This document shows, one piece after another, positions 16,817 to 19,453 of a DNA stretch of 19,453 bases. The DNA lies in contig JADGIF010000108.1 of NCBI GenBank assembly GCA_018985225.1, forward strand, positions 1-19,453. The letters are read 5' to 3'. Each line of letters starts with the position of its first letter. Position 1 is the first letter of the stretch. The notes below the pieces were generated by a model. The model worked only from the letters and a program-made list of their open reading frames with translations, was not told the DNA's origin and made no database searches. The translations under genes were made by a program, and so were the position numbers. This DNA comes from Amoeboradix gromovi X-113 (Eukaryota > Fungi > Sanchytriomycota).

Positions 16817-17661
16817 ATGCTAGAAATTGCAGATCTGTTCAATTTTCATCATTTGTCACAAGACAACCAACCTATAGTATCATCGCTAACGTACTCAGAG
16901 TTTAATAGCATCAACAAGACCCTAGATGTAAATCTTCACGAGTACGACCATTATTTCATGGGAAATGAGTTTTTTATATTGACCTGGGCACAACATCGTG
17001 AACCAGTTCATTTTATTGTATTCCCTTCAATCTTAATTATAGTAAACGGTCACGATGATGTTTTTCTTCATCTTCAAAATAAAATTGTGGGATCGTCTCA
17101 GGATGCATTTCATCTATGCATGCTGTATCTCTTACAAGAATTACAGCAGATATGCACCAGTGTGGAATTTGATGTGATGACAATCCAGGATTTAGTTGGT
17201 GTTCTTGCAGACAAAGAATTTAAAGATTTGTTGCTCCGCATAAGAAACACACAAACCCTAATATATCGGTTGAAATACAGTGTGCGTATGAAGAAATGCA
17301 TGACGCAGAGGTGCAATTTGCCCATGTATAATAATTTAACTGAGTTAATGCTCTTGGAGGACAAGTTAAACCAGTACTTGGATAGTTTGGATGTCATGTA
17401 CAATCATTATTTAGGTGACTTGAATATGAAAATGACAATGAGCAGCAACACTGTAAATTTTGTTATGAGAAAGCTAACTCTTGTCACTATTGCTGGTATT
17501 CCAATGACAGTAATATCAGGAATGTGGGGTAATTACATATTAACCAAGGTATGAACGTTGGCGTACCAGGAAGCGACTATGAAAATACTTGGGTTATTAT
17601 ATTTTTCGGATCCCTGATGCTGAGTATTATCATAGTGTATTTGAGTCACAGATATCTATAG
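16817..17661 (+). CDS. CorA-family Mg2+ transporter (Alr1/Mnr2-like); exons 16817-17528 and 17549-17661, 274 aa
   Basis: HYL...N..N.VMRKLTLVT..IPMTVISGMW is joined by splicing to GMNVGVPG (the CorA GMN signature) and a second TM helix. AATAAA follows the stop. Confidence 0.87.
17529..17548 (+). other. 20-nt spliceosomal intron in the CorA gene
   Basis: GTAATTACATATTAACCAAG. It splits the Gly codon of the GMN motif, and removal gives WGMNVGVPG. Confidence 0.92.
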
Positions 17662-18320
17662 CTGTAATAAACGAATTTCTGCATCTTTCGTTACCGGTTG
17701 TTATAGCAATTGTGATAAATTTTAGTCATGTTAGATGCTTGAGGCTTCACATAAGAACTGTGGTCCTTGAAGTTGAGTCCCACAATACAATGTGGATTCA
17801 AATTATGGGAATCGTATACCCTTAAGTCTATTGGCGATTCTGTTTTTCGGCTATGTTACTTATTAATATGAAGCTGACTGATGCTTGAATTACTAGAAAG
17901 ATTTCAGCGTTTTCGGAATTGAAGGTAGCCAACAATTTCCACTCGATAGCATAGCATTTACAAATCTAAAATAGACACAAGGTACGTGTGATGGACTCTC
18001 TTCTTTCCATCTGAAGTCCAGGCTTGTTTTCACAGCTACTGTTTTACTTAACGACTGCGCTAAATTTGGCGATTCTAAATGTTCGGCAGATAAAGAACTG
18101 TAAAGCAGACTGTATAATGGCAAAAGAAGATAGCAATAAGAATAGTGAGATTATGTTATTTGATATCCCACACCCCCAAATAAATACCCAAATCTACCTC
18201 ACCAATCTTATGTTGCAACGTTGTCAAACAAGATGAGAAAGTGAAAAAAAACTATGAATGATTTAAAATGGGTGACAGCAGTTACAGGCAAAGAAAAATG
18301 GGCCATTTATAGACATTTAA

Positions 18321-18378
18321 GTCTGGATTATTCCAAATCCCATTCTGAGTTCGGTGAGATTAGATTCATTTAATCCGG
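18321..18378. repeat. Short hairpin-forming GATTA/TAATC repeat unit
   Basis: GGATTATTCCAAATCC (18325-18340) matches 29-44 at 15/16. TGAGATTAGATT (18355-18366) recurs exactly at 19087-19098. Confidence 0.45.
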
Positions 18379-18496
18379 CTGTGCTAATTTAACCAACAAG
18401 AACACTAATTTGAAGCTGCTTTCTGCATTATTTGGGTGTTCAAGGGCGAAAATATATTTGTTCAATATTGTACTTGCAGAAGAGTGTACAAACACA

Positions 18497-18948
18497 TGGG
18501 ACATCAAATATAAAAACTAGACTAACTTGCTGAGACAGTTTGAATCATTATTTCAAGTGTGTATTAACCAGTTGTAAATTAAATTAAATTAATCTATTCA
18601 AGTAAATTGTTTTAGTATAAAAGCTTTTCATCCATCAAACTTTTAGAAACAGTGATTAACAAGAAGAAGAGAAAACAAAAAATAGGTTGTACGAAAGGCG
18701 GTGAGAAAAAAAAGAAATGGAAGATGGTAGTGGTAAAGTAGTATATAGTGCACCTTTTGCTTAGACACTCAAAGACCTTTACTATTTGAAAGAGATAGTG
18801 GGTCATCTTGTTATATTCTAAAGAGGGGAATGACATTAGCGAAAGAAAATTGGTTTGGAAGAAGGACTTTTGTTAATAACAGTATCTCCTCCTTATGGAA
18901 TACCTACTTTAAAAACGATTTAGTCTAGTTTTTATATTTGGTTTTCCA
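18497..18948 (-). mobile_element. MITE-like element, copy 3 (452 bp, divergent interior)
   Basis: TIRs TGGGACATCAAATATAAAAACTAGACTAAC (18497-18526) and TTAGTCTAGTTTTTATATTTGGTTTTCCA (to 18948). 18749-18948 aligns to the other copies (TGCACCTTTTGCTTAGACACTCAAAGACCT...). Confidence 0.82.
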
Positions 18949-19063
18949 GATTGTTGCTCGAAGAAAAGAAAAGTTGGCAGAACAAAAAGATTCTTTTGAA
19001 TAATACAAAATATAAGTAATCCATTTATAAGATGTGCCGTGCTTGAGTCAAACTGCCCCAATA

Positions 19064-19118
19064 GTCAGGTTAATCTGAATCTGTGTTGAGATTAGATTAA
19101 TCTAAACTTACATGTCTA
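19064..19118. repeat. Short hairpin-forming GATTA/TAATC repeat unit
   Basis: TAATCTGAATCT...AGATTAGATTA stem and a 14-bp palindrome TTAGATTAATCTAA (19092-19105). Similar to 18321-18378 and 16-57. Confidence 0.45.
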
Positions 19119-19453
19119 GCCTTTGAGTATTCTAATACAAACCACGCTTTAATAATTGTCGCATAATATTTAGGTAATAAATCGTGAGAACACTCTAACT
19201 AGCTAAGTCTACTTTTTGTGACATTTGTTTTAAACCATTCGAGAATTAAAATGTCAAAATCTCGGCAGTCGGCAGGAAAAAAACCCTCAACAATAAAAAA
19301 ACACGCAAGAAAACAGAATATTTTTCTAGGAAAAAATTACATTACGTCTCCTCCTCGTTAAAAGTCCAGATTTCCGAGAAAATCGAGAATTTCCACAGAG
19401 AAACTAGCGATGCTAGATCTCCGTTGCAATGATTGCTCACGCTTTCACTACCC

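Noticed and set aside
1714-17403. Many short ORFs antisense or off-frame to real genes (e.g. 1714-1956, 2234-2425, 7000-7233, 9037-9303, 12275-12616, 17110-17403)
   Set aside because: They are shadows of well-supported CDSs and carry no recognisable motifs.
17662-18240. Short ORFs on both strands and a repeated TTGGCGATTCT (17831, 18066)
   Set aside because: No coherent gene model or family motif. The 11-nt repeat is too short to show a duplication.
19395-19415. ACAGAGAAACTAGCGATG resembling the U6 ACAGAGA box and AGC triad
   Set aside because: The highly conserved U6 internal stem-loop sequence does not follow, so it is probably chance. An Infernal search would settle it.
1-19453. tRNA, rRNA, CRISPR array or prokaryotic operon features
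   Set aside because: No cloverleaf, rRNA motif or regularly spaced repeat-spacer array was seen, and the gene content and signals are eukaryotic.

Overview
AT-rich, very gene-dense eukaryotic nuclear DNA in the standard genetic code. It most likely comes from an early-diverging, flagellated (zoosporic) fungus or close relative, inferred from a fungal exomer subunit (Chs5) in the same region as the axonemal Ca2+ sensor calaxin. Recognisable genes: NC2-alpha/Bur6, peroxisomal catalase, uridine phosphorylase, Akr1 palmitoyltransferase, calaxin, Ept1/Cpt1, Chs5, an OB-fold protein, ADCK1 kinase, Sdo1, Bud23 and an Alr1/Mnr2-type CorA channel. Many intergenic gaps are only 37-50 bp. The most striking signal is three ultra-short GT-AG introns (19, 21 and 20 nt) that the ORF track misses. 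All three fit GTAAYT...YTAAYNNAG with the presumed branch A 6 nt from the 3' end. All lie 113-139 nt before the end of a membrane-protein CDS, and splicing restores a recognisable C-terminal element. The window also holds three full copies and one relic of a ~450-520 bp element with 30-bp terminal inverted repeats (MITE-like, no clear target-site duplication), plus a second short hairpin-forming repeat near those elements. Family assignments come from remembered motifs; no searches were run.
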